Shown: piece by piece, positions 48,262 to 59,616 of the stretch
How positions within the stretch are numbered: position 1 is the first letter of the stretch
Layout: each line of letters begins with the position of its first letter
NCBI GenBank assembly: GCA_963828735.1
Contig: CAWHFW010000004.1
Span: forward strand, 96,001-160,000
Direction: 5' to 3'
Origin: an uncultured Gemmatimonadales bacterium
GTDB taxonomy: Bacteria > Gemmatimonadota > Gemmatimonadetes > Gemmatimonadales > GWC2-71-9
Length of the DNA: 64,000 bases
Translations under genes and position numbers: made by a program
The notes under the pieces: model-generated
Seen by the model: the letters and a program-made list of their open reading frames with translations, nothing else
What the model was told of the DNA's origin: nothing
The model's database searches: none

Positions 48262-48522
48262 ATGAGCTTCGACAAGCAGGCGGTTACGGCCAAGCACCAG
48301 GCGCACCCGAGTGATACCGGGTCCACCAAAGTGCAGGTGGCGCTGCTCACCGAGCGGATCAATTCGCTCACCGACCACTTCCGCAGCCATCCCAAGGATC
48401 ACCACGGGCGCCGCGGGCTGCTCAAGATGGTCGGCACCCGCCGCCGCTTGCTGACCTACCTCAAGCGAAGCGACCTCGAGACCTACCGGGCTCTCATCGA
48501 GCAGCTCGGTCTCCGTCACTAA
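48262..48522 (+). CDS. rpsO: 30S ribosomal protein S15
   Basis: [13 protein letters not shown]...[14 protein letters not shown]. Confidence 0.98.
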   Translation: MSFDKQAVTAKHQAHPSDTGSTKVQVALLTERINSLTDHFRSHPKDHHGRRGLLKMVGTRRRLLTYLKRSDLETYRALIEQLGLRH

Positions 48523-48539
48523 TTCCGTTGCGCCGCCGG

Positions 48540-48581
48540 GGGCGTCCTGATCCGACATCGGGACGCCCTCTCGGCTTTTTT
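48540..48581 (+). terminator. Terminator/processing hairpin between rpsO and pnp
   Basis: GGGCGTCCTGAT-CCGAC-ATCGGGACGCCC, followed shortly by T6. Confidence 0.6.
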
Positions 48582-48631
48582 GGACCACAACCGCGCAGCA
48601 AAGAAACCCGAGATCAAAGAGAGAGAAGGTA

Positions 48632-50722
48632 GTGACTGTGCAACGGATCGAGACCCAGTTCGCCGGACGCCCGCTCATGCTGGAAACCGGACGGCTGGCC
48701 AAGCAGGCCGCAGGTTCCGCGGTGCTCCGCTTCGGCGACACGATGGTGCTGGCTGCCGTGACCATTTCCCCGAACGTTTCCACCCTCCCGTTCTTCCCCC
48801 TCACCGTCGAGTACCGCGAGAAGACCTACGCCGCCGGCAAGATTCCGGGCGGATTTCTCAAGCGTGAGGGCCGGCCCTCCGACGACGAGATTCTCGCCGG
48901 CCGGATCATCGACCGCTCCATCCGGCCGCTGTTCCCCGAGGGCTTCAAGAATGAGGTGCAGGTCTTCGTGACGGTGCTGTCCGCCGACCAGGAGAACGAC
49001 GCCGACATTCTCGGAGTCGTGGCCGCCTCGACGGCACTCAGCCTCTCCTCGGTGCCGTGGAATGGTCCCATCGCCGCCGTGCGCGTGGGGCGCGTCGAAG
49101 GCAACTGGATCCTGAACCCGACGTTTCAGCAGCTCGAGTTCTCGACCATCGACCTCGTGGTCACCGGGTCGGCCGACTCGATCATCATGGTCGAGGGGGG
49201 CTCGCTCGAAGTCAGCGAAGGCGAGATGCTCGAGGCGCTCAAGGTGGCGCAGAAGGGGATCCGGGACGTCATCGGTCTCGAGAAGCAGCTCGTGGACAAG
49301 GCGGGGGCCGCGCCGAAGCTGGTGTGGACGAAGGCGCCCGTGGACGAAGCGCTGCAGGCGAAGGTCCGGGAGCTGGCCGAGGCGGAGATGGCGCAGGCCA
49401 TCAACGCCAAGGACAAGGCTGCCCGCGCCAGCGGAGTCCGCGCGATCCGCGAGCAGACGGTGGCGAAGGTGCTCGAGCAGTTCCCCGAGAAGGGCCGCGA
49501 CATCTCGGCCGAGCTCGAAGACATCGAGTACCGGGTGATGCGGCGTCAGGTGCTGGAGAAGGGCGAGCGCGTGGACGGTCGCGACCTCGACACGATCCGA
49601 CCGATCGTGATCGAGACCGGCGTACTCCCCCGCACGCACGGCTCGGCATTGTTCCAGCGCGGCGAGACGCAGGCGCTGGTGTCGGTCACGCTCGGGACGG
49701 CGGATGACGAGCAGCGCATCGACAGCATCGACGTGGCCGGCGAGACCACCAAGTCGTTCATGCTGCACTACAACTTCCCGCCGTTCTCGACCGGCGAGGT
49801 CAAGATGATCCGCGGCACCAGCCGCCGCGAGATCGGCCACGGTGCGCTGGCGGAGCGCGCGCTCCAACCGCTGCTCCCCCACTACGAGGACTTTCCCTAC
49901 ACGCTGCGCGTGGTGAGCGAGATCCTCGAGTCCAACGGCTCGAGCTCCATGGCCACCGTCTGCGGCGGCTCGCTCGCCCTCATGGACGCCGGCGTGCCGA
50001 TGCAGGCGCCGTGCGCCGGCGTCGCGATGGGTCTGGTGAAGGAAGGCGACAAGGTGGCCGTGCTCACCGACATCCTGGGCTCCGAGGATCACCTCGGCGA
50101 CATGGACTTCAAGGTGGCCGGCACCGAGAAGGGCATCACCTCGATCCAGATGGACATCAAGATCGAGGGGATGGACCTCAAGATCATGGAGCAGGCGCTG
50201 GAGAAGGCCCGGAAGGGCCGGCTGCACATCCTGCGCGAGATGGCCAAGGTGCTGGGGGGGCCGCGCACCGAGCTCTCGAAGTACGCGCCACGCATCTTCA
50301 CGATGCACATCAAGCCCGACAAGATCGGCGACGTGATCGGTCCGAAGGGCAAGACCATCCGTGGCATTCAGGACGCCACAGGCGCCAAGATCAACATCGA
50401 CGACAGCGGGCTCGTCACCATCTCCGCCGTGGGCGGCGAGGCCGGCGAGAAGGCGCGCGCGATGGTGGCCGCGATCACGACCGAGCCCGAGGTGGGCCGG
50501 ACGTACGAGGGCCCGGTCAAGAGCACGACCGCGTTCGGGGCGTTCGTCGAGATCCTGCCCGGGGTCGAGGGTCTGCTGCACATCAGCGAGCTGCAGCACG
50601 GCCGCACCGACAAGACCGAGGACGTGGTCAAGAAGGGCGACATCGTGCAGGTCAAGCTGCTCGAGGTGGACGACCGCGGCCGCATGAAGCTCTCCCGGAA
50701 GGCGCTGCTGCCCAAGGAGTAG
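48632..50722 (+). CDS. pnp: Polynucleotide phosphorylase
   Basis: ETGRLAKQA, RREIGHG, ESNGSSSMA, GDMDFKVAG; KH and S1 domains. Confidence 0.98.
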   Translation: MTVQRIETQFAGRPLMLETGRLAKQAAGSAVLRFGDTMVLAAVTISPNVSTLPFFPLTVEYREKTYAAGKIPGGFLKREGRPSDDEILAGRIIDRSIRPLFPEGFKNEVQVFVTVLSADQENDADILGVVAASTALSLSSVPWNGPIAAVRVGRVEGNWILNPTFQQLEFSTIDLVVTGSADSIIMVEGGSLEVSEGEMLEALKVAQKGIRDVIGLEKQLVDKAGAAPKLVWTKAPVDEALQAKVRELAEAEMAQAINAKDKAARASGVRAIREQTVAKVLEQFPEKGRDISAELEDIEYRVMRRQVLEKGERVDGRDLDTIRPIVIETGVLPRTHGSALFQRGETQALVSVTLGTADDEQRIDSIDVAGETTKSFMLHYNFPPFSTGEVKMIRGTSRREIGHGALAERALQPLLPHYEDFPYTLRVVSEILESNGSSSMATVCGGSLALMDAGVPMQAPCAGVAMGLVKEGDKVAVLTDILGSEDHLGDMDFKVAGTEKGITSIQMDIKIEGMDLKIMEQALEKARKGRLHILREMAKVLGGPRTELSKYAPRIFTMHIKPDKIGDVIGPKGKTIRGIQDATGAKINIDDSGLVTISAVGGEAGEKARAMVAAITTEPEVGRTYEGPVKSTTAFGAFVEILPGVEGLLHISELQHGRTDKTEDVVKKGDIVQVKLLEVDDRGRMKLSRKALLPKE

Positions 50723-50729
50723 CTCCGCA

Positions 50730-51986
50730 TTGGAAACAGTCAGTCTGGACGACGGGCTCCTTCGCACTACGCTGCCGAACGGGCTCGTCGTCCTCACCGA
50801 GAAGCTGCCGGGCGTCCGCTCGGCGGCGACGGGATTCTACGTACGCACGGCGAGCGCCCACGAGCGCCGCGAGCAGATGGGCATCTCCCATCTGCTCGAG
50901 CACATGGTGTTCAAGGGCACCGAGCGGCGTTCGGCCAAGGAGCTGGCGCTCGAGCTCGAGGTGCGGGGCGGGAGCCTCGACGCCTTCACCGGCCGCGACT
51001 ATACCAGCTACCAGGCGCATACGCTCGACGCCGATCTGCCGCTCGCGGTCGAGATCCTCACCGATCTCGCGCGGCGGCCGCTCCTCCGGGAGAGCGACCT
51101 CGAACCCGAGCGCAACGTGATCCTCGAGGAGATCAACGGCGTCGAGGACACGCCGGACGATCTCGTGTTCGAGCTACACGCGGCCGAACTCTGGCCGAGT
51201 CACCCCTACGGCTACTCCATTCTCGGCAGCCCCGCCTCCTTGGCTGCCCTCTCCGCCGACGATCTCCGATGCCTGCACGGCACCGGGTACAACCGTGGCA
51301 ACTTCGTGGTCGCCGCCGCGGGCAACGTGAATCACGACCAGCTGCTCACGGTGCTCGAGCGGGAGGGCTGGTTCGATGGCGCCTCCCCCGAGCCGCCGCG
51401 CCGGCCGGTCGTGCCCGCGCCCGCGGTCCAGGGCGGGACTCGGCGTGAGGAGCGCGATACGGCGCAGACCCACATCGTGTTCGGCACCGATACGTTTCCG
51501 CTCCGCGATCCGCGCCGCTTCGCGCTGGCCATCCTGACCAACCTGTTCGGCGGCGGGATGTCGAGCCGCCTGTTCCAGCGGGTGCGCGAGGAGCTGGGTC
51601 TGGCCTACGCGATCTTCGCCTACAAGCACTTCTATCAGTCGTCGGGGCAGCTTGGCGTGTACGTCGGCACTCAGCCGGCGACGGCGGACGCGGCGGTGGA
51701 GGCCATCCGCGGGGAGTACGCGCGGCTCGCCCGGGAAGGCCTCCCGGCGGACGAGCTGGCGGATGGCAAGCAGCAGCTCAAGGGCCAGGTCATGCTGTCG
51801 CTCGAGAGCCCGGGCGCCCGCATGGGCCGCCTCGCGGGCTTCGTGCTCCACAACGACGAGTACCGGCCGCTCGACCAGATGCTGGCGGAGATCGACGCAG
51901 TCAGCGCGGACGAAATCGCGACGGTCGCGGCGGAGTATTTCGCGCCGGAGCGCCAGACGGTCGTCCGGCTGGGTCCGGGGCAGTGA
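50730..51986 (+). CDS. M16-family zinc peptidase
   Basis: [31 protein letters not shown]. Confidence 0.95.
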   Translation: METVSLDDGLLRTTLPNGLVVLTEKLPGVRSAATGFYVRTASAHERREQMGISHLLEHMVFKGTERRSAKELALELEVRGGSLDAFTGRDYTSYQAHTLDADLPLAVEILTDLARRPLLRESDLEPERNVILEEINGVEDTPDDLVFELHAAELWPSHPYGYSILGSPASLAALSADDLRCLHGTGYNRGNFVVAAAGNVNHDQLLTVLEREGWFDGASPEPPRRPVVPAPAVQGGTRREERDTAQTHIVFGTDTFPLRDPRRFALAILTNLFGGGMSSRLFQRVREELGLAYAIFAYKHFYQSSGQLGVYVGTQPATADAAVEAIRGEYARLAREGLPADELADGKQQLKGQVMLSLESPGARMGRLAGFVLHNDEYRPLDQMLAEIDAVSADEIATVAAEYFAPERQTVVRLGPGQ

Positions 51987-52065
51987 AGAGGATGCCGGCG
52001 TAGATCGGGTCGGTCCATGCCGGCCTCCTGTACCACACCGACACACCACATTACACAGAGGTCCC

Positions 52066-53178
52066 ATGCTCATCGGCGTTCCGAAGGAGATCAAGACGAA
52101 CGAGAACCGCATCGCGCTCGTGCCGGCGGGTGCGGAAGCGTTCGTCACCGCCGGACACAGCGTGTTCGTCGAATCTGGCGCCGGCCTTGGCAGCGGCTTC
52201 ACTGACGAGACGTACCAGGCGGTCGGGGCGCAGATCGTGCCCACGGCCGATGAGGTCTGGAAGCGGGCCGACATGATCATGAAGGTGAAGGAGCCGATCG
52301 CTCCCGAGTGGCCGCGCATGCGTCGGGGCCAGGTGATCTACACGTATTTCCACTTCGCCGCCGCCGAGGATCTGACGAAGGCCGTCATCGATTCCGGGGC
52401 CATCGCGGTCGCCTACGAGACGGTCCAGCTCCCGAGCGGCGAGCTTCCCCTCCTGACGCCGATGTCCGAGGTAGCTGGACGCATGGCGGTGCAGGAGGGC
52501 GCCAAGTACCTGGAGAAGGTGTTCGGGGGCAGCGGGATTCTACTCGGCGGGGTCCCGGGGGTCGCACCCGGCGAGGTCGTCATCATCGGCGGCGGGGTGG
52601 TCGGCATCAACGCGGCCAAGATGGCCGCGGGCCTCGGCGCGCACGTCACTATCCTGGACATCTCGCTCGACCGGCTGAGGTACCTCGACGACGTCCTCCC
52701 GGCCAACGTCGATACCACCTACAGCAACCGCCACAACATCCTCGGCGCCATCAGCCGGGCCGATCTGGTCATCGGGGCGGTGTTGCTCCCGGGCGCGAAA
52801 GCACCCCACCTGGTGAAGCGGGCGGACCTCAAAACGATGAAGCCGGGCTCGGTGATCGTGGACGTGGCGGTCGACCAGGGTGGCTGCGTCGAGACCATCA
52901 AACCGACCACGCACGAGAATCCCACGTACTTCGTCGACGGCATTCTGCACTACGCCGTCGCCAATATGCCCGGCGGTGTCCCTCGCACCTCCACCCTGGC
53001 CCTGACCAATGCCACGCTCCCATATGGACTTAAGCTGGCCAAGCACGGTTGGCGTGGCGCCTGCAAGGCCGATCCGGCATTGGCCCTCGGGCTCAACGTG
53101 GTCGAGGGCAAGGTGGTCTATCCGGGCGTTGCCGAGGCCTTCCGACTCCCGCTGACCGACGTCGCCTCGGTCCTGTGA
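52066..53178 (+). CDS. ald: Alanine dehydrogenase
   Basis: [31 protein letters not shown]. Confidence 0.97.
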   Translation: MLIGVPKEIKTNENRIALVPAGAEAFVTAGHSVFVESGAGLGSGFTDETYQAVGAQIVPTADEVWKRADMIMKVKEPIAPEWPRMRRGQVIYTYFHFAAAEDLTKAVIDSGAIAVAYETVQLPSGELPLLTPMSEVAGRMAVQEGAKYLEKVFGGSGILLGGVPGVAPGEVVIIGGGVVGINAAKMAAGLGAHVTILDISLDRLRYLDDVLPANVDTTYSNRHNILGAISRADLVIGAVLLPGAKAPHLVKRADLKTMKPGSVIVDVAVDQGGCVETIKPTTHENPTYFVDGILHYAVANMPGGVPRTSTLALTNATLPYGLKLAKHGWRGACKADPALALGLNVVEGKVVYPGVAEAFRLPLTDVASVL

Positions 53179-53612
53179 CCGAGGTCCTGATCACGCGGCT
53201 GCCCCATGCCGAAGGCCTGCCGCTGCCCGCGCAGGCCACCCCGGGCGCCGCAGGCTACGATGTGGCGAGCGCGGAGGACGGATCCCTCGCCCCGATGGAG
53301 CGCAAGCTCTTCAGGACCGGCTTCGCGATCGCCGTCCCCGAGGGGTTCGAGTGCCAGATCCGCCCCCGATCCGGACTGGCCCTACGCCATGGCATCACGC
53401 TTCCGAACACCCCGGCGACGATCGACAGCGACTACCGGGGCGAGCTCATGATCATGCTGGTCAACCTGAGCGCCGATACCTTCGAGGTGACCCGGGGGAT
53501 GCGCATCGCCCAGCTGGTGATCGCGCGGGTGGAGGCCGCCACGTTCAGACCGGTGGAGGAGCTGCCCGGAACGCACCGCGGGGCGGGGGGCTTCGGGAGC
53601 ACCGGGCGTTAA
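53175..53612 (+). CDS. dut: dUTPase
   Basis: [29 protein letters not shown]. Confidence 0.97.
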   Translation: MTEVLITRLPHAEGLPLPAQATPGAAGYDVASAEDGSLAPMERKLFRTGFAIAVPEGFECQIRPRSGLALRHGITLPNTPATIDSDYRGELMIMLVNLSADTFEVTRGMRIAQLVIARVEAATFRPVEELPGTHRGAGGFGSTGR

Positions 53613-53728
53613 CGGCGTTGCTTGAGCGCCGGGCGGCGCCGGCGCCTTTCGATTTGGCGCCGTCCGCCTCACACAGCAGTGCCAAGTGCCGCTTCCAGAT
53701 CCACTTGTGCCCTTTTACCTTGTGAACC

Positions 53729-53749
53729 ATGCGCCTGACGGCCATCTGA
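53729..53749 (+). other. Putative leaderless mini-ORF (MRLTAI*) overlapping the mreB start
   Basis: TACCTT-N7-ATG CGC CTG ACG GCC ATC TGA; TGATG overlap. Confidence 0.4.
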
Positions 53750-54786
53750 TGAAGCTTCCATCGCTGAATCTGACGTCCTGGCTCCCCGCGAATGAAATCG
53801 CGGTGGATCTCGGCACGGCCAATACCCTCGTGTACGTGAAGGGCGAAGGCATCGTCCTCAACGAGCCGTCGGTGGTGGCCATCGAGAAGGCGACGGGGAA
53901 GATCAAGGGTATCGGGCTCGAGGCCAAGCGCATGCTGGGGCGGACGCCCGACGGCATCCTCGCCGTGCGTCCGCTCAAGGACGGCGTCATCGCGGACTTC
54001 GACGTCACCGAGAAGATGCTGCGCTACTTTCTCAAGACGATCATCGACAAGCACGTCTTCCGCGTCAAACCCAAGGTGATCGTCTGCGTGCCCTCGGGCA
54101 TCACCGAAGTCGAGCGCCGCGCCGTCCGCGACTCGGCCGAGACCGCGGGCGCCAAGCAGGTGCTGATGGTCGCGGAGCCGATGGCGGCGGCGATCGGTGT
54201 CGGGCTCCCCGTGGAGACGCCCACCGGCAACATGGTGATCGACATCGGGGGCGGCACGACGGAGATCGCGGTCATCGCGCTCTCGGGCATCGTCTCCGAT
54301 ACGTCCATCCGCACCGGCGGCGACGAGCTCGATCAGGCCATCGTGCAGTTCATGCGCAAGAACTACAACCTGCTGGTCGGCGAGCCGACCGCCGAGGCGA
54401 TCAAGATCAAGATCGGGTCGGCCGCGCCGACCGGCGACGAGCGCGAGATGGAGGTCAAGGGTCGCGACCTCGTGTCGGGGATTCCCAAGACCGTGCGGGT
54501 CCACTCGACCGAAATCCGCGAAGCGGTCCAGGAGCCGATTCAGCAGATCGTGGACGCCGTCCGTCGCGCACTCGAGATCACGCCCCCCGAGCTCGCCAGC
54601 GACATCGTGGACCGTGGCATCGTCATGACCGGCGGTGGCGCGCTCATTCGCGGGCTCGACATCCTGCTCGCGCAGGAAACCGGCCTTCCTATTCACGTCG
54701 ACGAAGACCCGCTCACCTGCGTGGTGCGGGGCACCGGACGCATTCTCGACGACTACGAGAAATATCGCAGCGTCCTGTCGGTCTGA
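53749..54786 (+). CDS. mreB: Rod shape-determining actin homolog
   Basis: [21 protein letters not shown]. Confidence 0.98.
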   Translation: MKLPSLNLTSWLPANEIAVDLGTANTLVYVKGEGIVLNEPSVVAIEKATGKIKGIGLEAKRMLGRTPDGILAVRPLKDGVIADFDVTEKMLRYFLKTIIDKHVFRVKPKVIVCVPSGITEVERRAVRDSAETAGAKQVLMVAEPMAAAIGVGLPVETPTGNMVIDIGGGTTEIAVIALSGIVSDTSIRTGGDELDQAIVQFMRKNYNLLVGEPTAEAIKIKIGSAAPTGDEREMEVKGRDLVSGIPKTVRVHSTEIREAVQEPIQQIVDAVRRALEITPPELASDIVDRGIVMTGGGALIRGLDILLAQETGLPIHVDEDPLTCVVRGTGRILDDYEKYRSVLSV

Positions 54787-54788
54787 GC

Positions 54789-55880
54789 ATGGCCAGCGCG
54801 TCGGAACGCTCGTACACGCGACGGGATACCGTGATGTTCGGCGTCTGCGTCGCCCTGTCGCTGGTGGCTCTGTTCTCCCCCGCCGCCTGGGGCATGGGCA
54901 TCGCGGCGACGCTGCGCCAGTCCGTGCTGGCCCCGCTGGTCTGGCTGCAGGTTAGGGCTGAAGAGGACAAGACCAGCCGCGTCCGCCTCCGCGCCATCAC
55001 CGCCCAACGCGATTCCGCCTCGTACCTCGCCCAGGGCCTGCCGTCGCTGCTCGCCGAGAACGAGCGCCTTCGCCAGCTTCTCACCTTGAGCCACCGCCTG
55101 GCCAGCCCCTACGTCGCTGCCGAAGTGCTTCATCAGTCTCAGGCCACGGACGGCCGCACCCTGCTCCTCAGCGCGGGCTCCCGCGACGGCGTCGCGGCGT
55201 TCGACCCCGTCGTGGCGCCGGAGGGCCTGATCGGGGTGGTCCTGAATGCCGCCGAGCGCACGAGCGTCGTCATGACGTGGGCGCACCCGGAGTTCCGGGT
55301 GAGCGCGTTCACGGTCACGGGCAATGCCGCCGGCGTGGTCGCGCCGTCGCCGTCTGGAGCGGGCGAGAGCGCGCTCGAGTTCCGTGGCGTACCGTATCGC
55401 GACTCGGTCCCCGTCGGCACGCTCGTGCTGTCCTCGGGACTCGGGGGGGTGTATCCGAAAGGGATTCCGGTCGGCACCGTGACGGGCGTCGTGCGCGAGC
55501 AGGCGGGCTGGGAGCGTGTCTATCGGCTGCTGCCGACCGCCAATCCGGGCTCCGCCGCTCACGTGCTCATCCTGGTCGCGCCGACCGGGGATCTTGCGCG
55601 CGCGTTTCCCAGCGACTCCGCGCTCGCCGCCCAGCGACGCGATTCGCTCGAGCGCATTCGCGTGGCGGATTCCGTCGCTCAGGCGGTCCGGACGGCTCGC
55701 GCCCAGCGCGCCGAGTCGCTGGCGGCCGTCAGACGGGACACGACGCGCGTCAAGCCGCGGCCGGCGGTGCGCCCCGACAGCCTCGCTGTACGTCGTCCGA
55801 ATCCAGCCACCGCTCCTGCGGCCGCCGGCCCGGCACCCGCCCCGGCGGCTCCTCCGGCGGCCGGAGACTCGGCCCGATGA
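54789..55880 (+). CDS. mreC: Rod shape-determining protein MreC
   Basis: ENERLRQLL, SSGLGGVYPKGIPVG; Pro/Ala-rich tail. Confidence 0.93.
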   Translation: MASASERSYTRRDTVMFGVCVALSLVALFSPAAWGMGIAATLRQSVLAPLVWLQVRAEEDKTSRVRLRAITAQRDSASYLAQGLPSLLAENERLRQLLTLSHRLASPYVAAEVLHQSQATDGRTLLLSAGSRDGVAAFDPVVAPEGLIGVVLNAAERTSVVMTWAHPEFRVSAFTVTGNAAGVVAPSPSGAGESALEFRGVPYRDSVPVGTLVLSSGLGGVYPKGIPVGTVTGVVREQAGWERVYRLLPTANPGSAAHVLILVAPTGDLARAFPSDSALAAQRRDSLERIRVADSVAQAVRTARAQRAESLAAVRRDTTRVKPRPAVRPDSLAVRRPNPATAPAAAGPAPAPAAPPAAGDSAR

Positions 55881-56374
55881 TCCCGGCCCGGGCCAATCGG
55901 GTGCAGCTCGCGGTGGTGTTGGTGCTGCTCGTCTTGCTGCATTTTTACGTGCGCCCTCGTCTGTGGGGGCCCCGGGTGAGCCCCGATTTCATGTTCGTGG
56001 GCCTCATGCTCTTCGCCATGAGGAGCGGACCCGGGGCTTCGGCGGTCGCGGGGTTCCTCGTCGGGCTGACCGCCGATGCGCTCACGCCGGCCAGGTTCGG
56101 GGCGGGCGCGCTGGCGCATACGGTCGTGGGCTATCTCGCCTCCTGGGCGCGGGCGGTCTTCTTCGCGGACAACCCGCTTGTCAACGCCGCCTTCGTCGCG
56201 GTCGGCCTGTGGATGCGCGATCTCCTGGTGCTCGCGGCAAGCGGGAGCGGCGACCGGTCCTTCCTGACCGAGATTGCCGTGTACAGTCCGCTCCAGGCTC
56301 TGACGTCGGCGCTCTTCGCCCTGGTGATCCTGGTGGCTTTCCGCGAGTGGTTCTCGATCCGTCTGGACGCGTGA
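55877..56374 (+). CDS. mreD: Rod shape-determining protein MreD
   Basis: Hydrophobic, PDF and GFLVGLTAD motifs; operon position. Confidence 0.88.
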   Translation: MIPARANRVQLAVVLVLLVLLHFYVRPRLWGPRVSPDFMFVGLMLFAMRSGPGASAVAGFLVGLTADALTPARFGAGALAHTVVGYLASWARAVFFADNPLVNAAFVAVGLWMRDLLVLAASGSGDRSFLTEIAVYSPLQALTSALFALVILVAFREWFSIRLDA

Positions 56375-56375
56375 G

Positions 56376-58265
56376 ATGAACGGCTTCGACTCCTACCGGG
56401 TGCGGGAGCGCGCCGACGTCGCACGCTGGGTGCTCGTGGCCGCCTTCCTGGTCCTCTCGGGCGCGTTCTTCCGGACGCAGGTCATCCAGCACGACAAGTT
56501 CCAGCTCAAGGCCGAGACGAATCGCCTCCGGCCGATACCGCTGACGCCCCCGCGGGGCGCCATTCTCGACCGGCGCGGTCGCATCATCGCCGAGAACGTC
56601 CCCGGCTATTCCGTCAAGCTGCTCGCGTCGAGCCCGGACTCGCTCCAGGCGGTGCTGACCCGCGTGGACCGCTACGTCCCGCTCGACACGTCCGAGACCA
56701 GCGAAATCCTCCGCCGCTTCGCCGCGGCCCGCTACCAGCCCGTCGTGGTCTTCGGCGACGCGACCTTCGAGACGGTGGCGCGGCTGGAGGAGCATCGCGC
56801 GGTGCTGCCGGGACTCGTCATCCAGTCGGAGCCCAAGCGCCTCTATCCCGCCGGCAAGGCGGTCGCCCATCTGGTCGGCTACGTCTCCGAGGTGACGGAA
56901 TCCGATCTGAGCGAGAACCGGTTTCCCGGCGCGCGGCTCGGGTCGATCGTCGGCAAGGCGGGCCTCGAGCGGGAGTACGACGACTCGCTGCGGGGTGCCG
57001 AGGGGGTCCGGTACATCGAGGTCAACGCGCGCGGCCGGCTCGTTCGCGAGGAGGCCAGCACCGCCTCGCTGCCGCCGACACCGGGCCAGCCGATCCGTAC
57101 CACGATCGATCTCGATCTCCAGCGGTTCATCGACAGCATCTGGCCGGCCGGGACTCGCGGCGCGATGGTCGCGATGACGCCCACGGGCGAGGTCCGCGCA
57201 CTGTACTCGGCGCCGAGCTACGATCCCAACGCGTTCGTGGGCGGGATCTCGACCGCCTTGTGGCGCTCGCTGAACGAGGACGAGGCGCGTCCGCTGCTCA
57301 ACCGCGCGATCCAGACCCGGTATCCGCCGGCCTCGCCGTTCAAGCTGGCGATCGCCGCGATGGCGCTCAAACGGGGTCTGATCGGGCTCGACACCCACAT
57401 GCCGACCCCGTGCCGCGGCGGCCTGCGGCTCGGCAACCGGGTATTCCGCTGCTGGAAGAAGGAAGGCCACGGCTCGCTCGACCTCGTCGGCGCCGTCGCG
57501 TCGAGCTGCGACGTCTACTTCTACCAGCTCGGGCTGCGTCTCGGCCTGACGGCCATCGTCCAGGACGGCGTGTTGATGGGCTTCCGCGACCCGAGCGGGA
57601 TCGACCTGGAGAACGAGGTGGATCCGATCTTCCCGGCGTCGACCGCGTATTTCGATCGTCTCTACGGCCCGCGCAACTGGAGTCCCCCCGCGACCACGCT
57701 CAACTTCTCGATCGGTCAGGGTGAGAACACGCAGACCCTGGTCAACATGATGCGGTTCTACGAGGGGCTCGCGGGGGACGGGAGCGCGGCGTCCCCGTTC
57801 ATCGTCCGCCCCGCCGAGGCGAAGCCGCGGAACCTCGGCCTGTCGAGCGCGCAGCTCGACGGGCCTCCGGCGCGCGCTCATCGCCGTGGTCGAGCGCGGG
57901 AACCGCGGTCGCGAGCCGGCACTCGGACCTGGCCGTGGCCGGGAAGACGGGCACGGCGCAGAATCCGCACGGCAAGGACCACGGCTGGTTCATCGGCTTT
58001 GCACCGGCGGAGAAGCCTGAGCTGATCGTGGGCGGGATCATGGAGTTCGCCGAGCACGGAACGACGGTGGCACCGTATGTCATCCGCACCCTCCGCCGCT
58101 ACCTCCTGGGACCGGACACGACCGGCACGCCATCAAGATGACAGATGCTCCTCGACGAGACGGTGGGGCCCCGACACCGCGCCCCGACCCGTCGAGCTCG
58201 ACCCCGATTCGGCCGCGGCACGCGCTCAGGAGGACAGTATCCGCCGAACGGAGATTCGTCCGTGA
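56376..58265 (+). CDS. mrdA: Penicillin-binding protein 2, with several apparent frameshifts
   Basis: PRGAILDR, PASPFK (SxxK), SCD, and AGKTGTAQ in a shifted frame; extra G at about 57861 and 57898, more shifts at about 58130-58170. Confidence 0.9.
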
Positions 58266-59503
58266 GGGCCGCCGCGATCGATCGCCGGCTCCTCTGGGTG
58301 AGCCTCGCGCTGATGACCTTCGGCCTGCTGACGCTCTACTCCGCCGGGCAGACCGACGTGCCCACCCACGCGGCGGGCGTGTGGTACCGTCAGTTCATCT
58401 GGTTCGGCGTCGGGGTGGTCGCCGGCTGGATGGTGTTCCACTTATCGCTCCGGCTGCTCGAGTGGCTCGCACCGGCGCTCTACGGATTCAGCCTGATTCT
58501 GCTCGCGCTGGTGCTCGTCATCGGCACCGGGGCGGGCACCGCGCAGAGCAGCCACAGCTGGCTCTCGGTTGGCGGCCACCAGATCGGCCAGCCGTCGGAG
58601 TTCGCCAAGGTCGCCACGGTGCTCATGCTCGCACGGTATCTCTCGAGCCGGAAGGAGCCGCCCCGCTCGCTTCGCGATCTCCTGATGCCCGGGCTCATCG
58701 TCGGCGTGCCCTTCCTCCTCGTGCTCAAGCAGCCCGACCTCGGCAGCGCGATCGTCTTCATCGGCATCGCCTTCGCGATGCTCTTCTGGGCCGGCGTCCG
58801 GCCTCGCCTGCTGTTCATGATCGCGTCGCCCGGGCTGAGCCTGCTGCTCGCCTTCAACAATTGGACGTGGGGCGCGTGGATGGTCGCATTCACCGCGTTG
58901 CTGGTGCTCTGGCGGCCCTACGTCTACGACTCGCTGGTCTTCTGGTTCCTGAATGTGGCGATGGGGACGATCGCGCTCCCGCTCTGGCAGCGGCTGGCGC
59001 CCTATCAGCAGAACCGTCTCCTCACGTTCCTCAATCCCGAAGCCGATCCGCGGGCGGCCGGGTACCACGCCATCCAGTCGCGCGTCGCCATCGGGTCCGG
59101 CGGCTGGTTCGGGACCGGCTATACCCAGGGCCCGCAGAAGCGGCTGGCGTTCCTGCCGGAGCAGCACACCGACTTCGTGTTCCCGGTTGTCGGAGAGGAG
59201 CTCGGCTTCGTCGGCGTGATGGTCGCCCTGTCACTCTTCCTGGCGCTCTTCCTCGCGCTGCTCCGGATCGCCCGGCGGGCGACCGACAGTTTCAGCAGCC
59301 TGGTGACCTTCGGCATTCTGGCGCTGTTCTTCACGCACGTGTTCGAGAACGTCGGCATGACCGTGAACCTGATGCCGATCACCGGCATTCCGCTGCCGTT
59401 CTTCTCCTACGGCGGCTCGTTCTTCATCATCTGCTCGCTCTGCCTCGGACTGGCATTCCGGGTGGCGTGGGACTCGAGGCAGGCTGGCCATCCTGATATC
59501 TGA
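58262..59503 (+). CDS. rodA: SEDS peptidoglycan glycosyltransferase RodA
   Basis: QPSEFAK, QPDLG, PEQHTDF, EELGF, PITGIPLPFFSYGG; GTG start overlaps the mrdA stop. Confidence 0.95.
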   Translation: MRAAAIDRRLLWVSLALMTFGLLTLYSAGQTDVPTHAAGVWYRQFIWFGVGVVAGWMVFHLSLRLLEWLAPALYGFSLILLALVLVIGTGAGTAQSSHSWLSVGGHQIGQPSEFAKVATVLMLARYLSSRKEPPRSLRDLLMPGLIVGVPFLLVLKQPDLGSAIVFIGIAFAMLFWAGVRPRLLFMIASPGLSLLLAFNNWTWGAWMVAFTALLVLWRPYVYDSLVFWFLNVAMGTIALPLWQRLAPYQQNRLLTFLNPEADPRAAGYHAIQSRVAIGSGGWFGTGYTQGPQKRLAFLPEQHTDFVFPVVGEELGFVGVMVALSLFLALFLALLRIARRATDSFSSLVTFGILALFFTHVFENVGMTVNLMPITGIPLPFFSYGGSFFIICSLCLGLAFRVAWDSRQAGHPDI

Positions 59504-59616
59504 CAACAGCTTACGACCATGGGTCTGGCGTTTGGGCGGGGGATGGCCGAAATTGCATGGATTCGGCTGCTCCCTTGCCTCCTTCACTCTGGCGAACCCT
59601 ACCTCCTATGGCCGTG

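Noticed and set aside
58145..58261. N-terminal extension of RodA
   Set aside because: Belongs to the frameshifted mrdA 3' end; RodA plausibly starts at GTG 58262.
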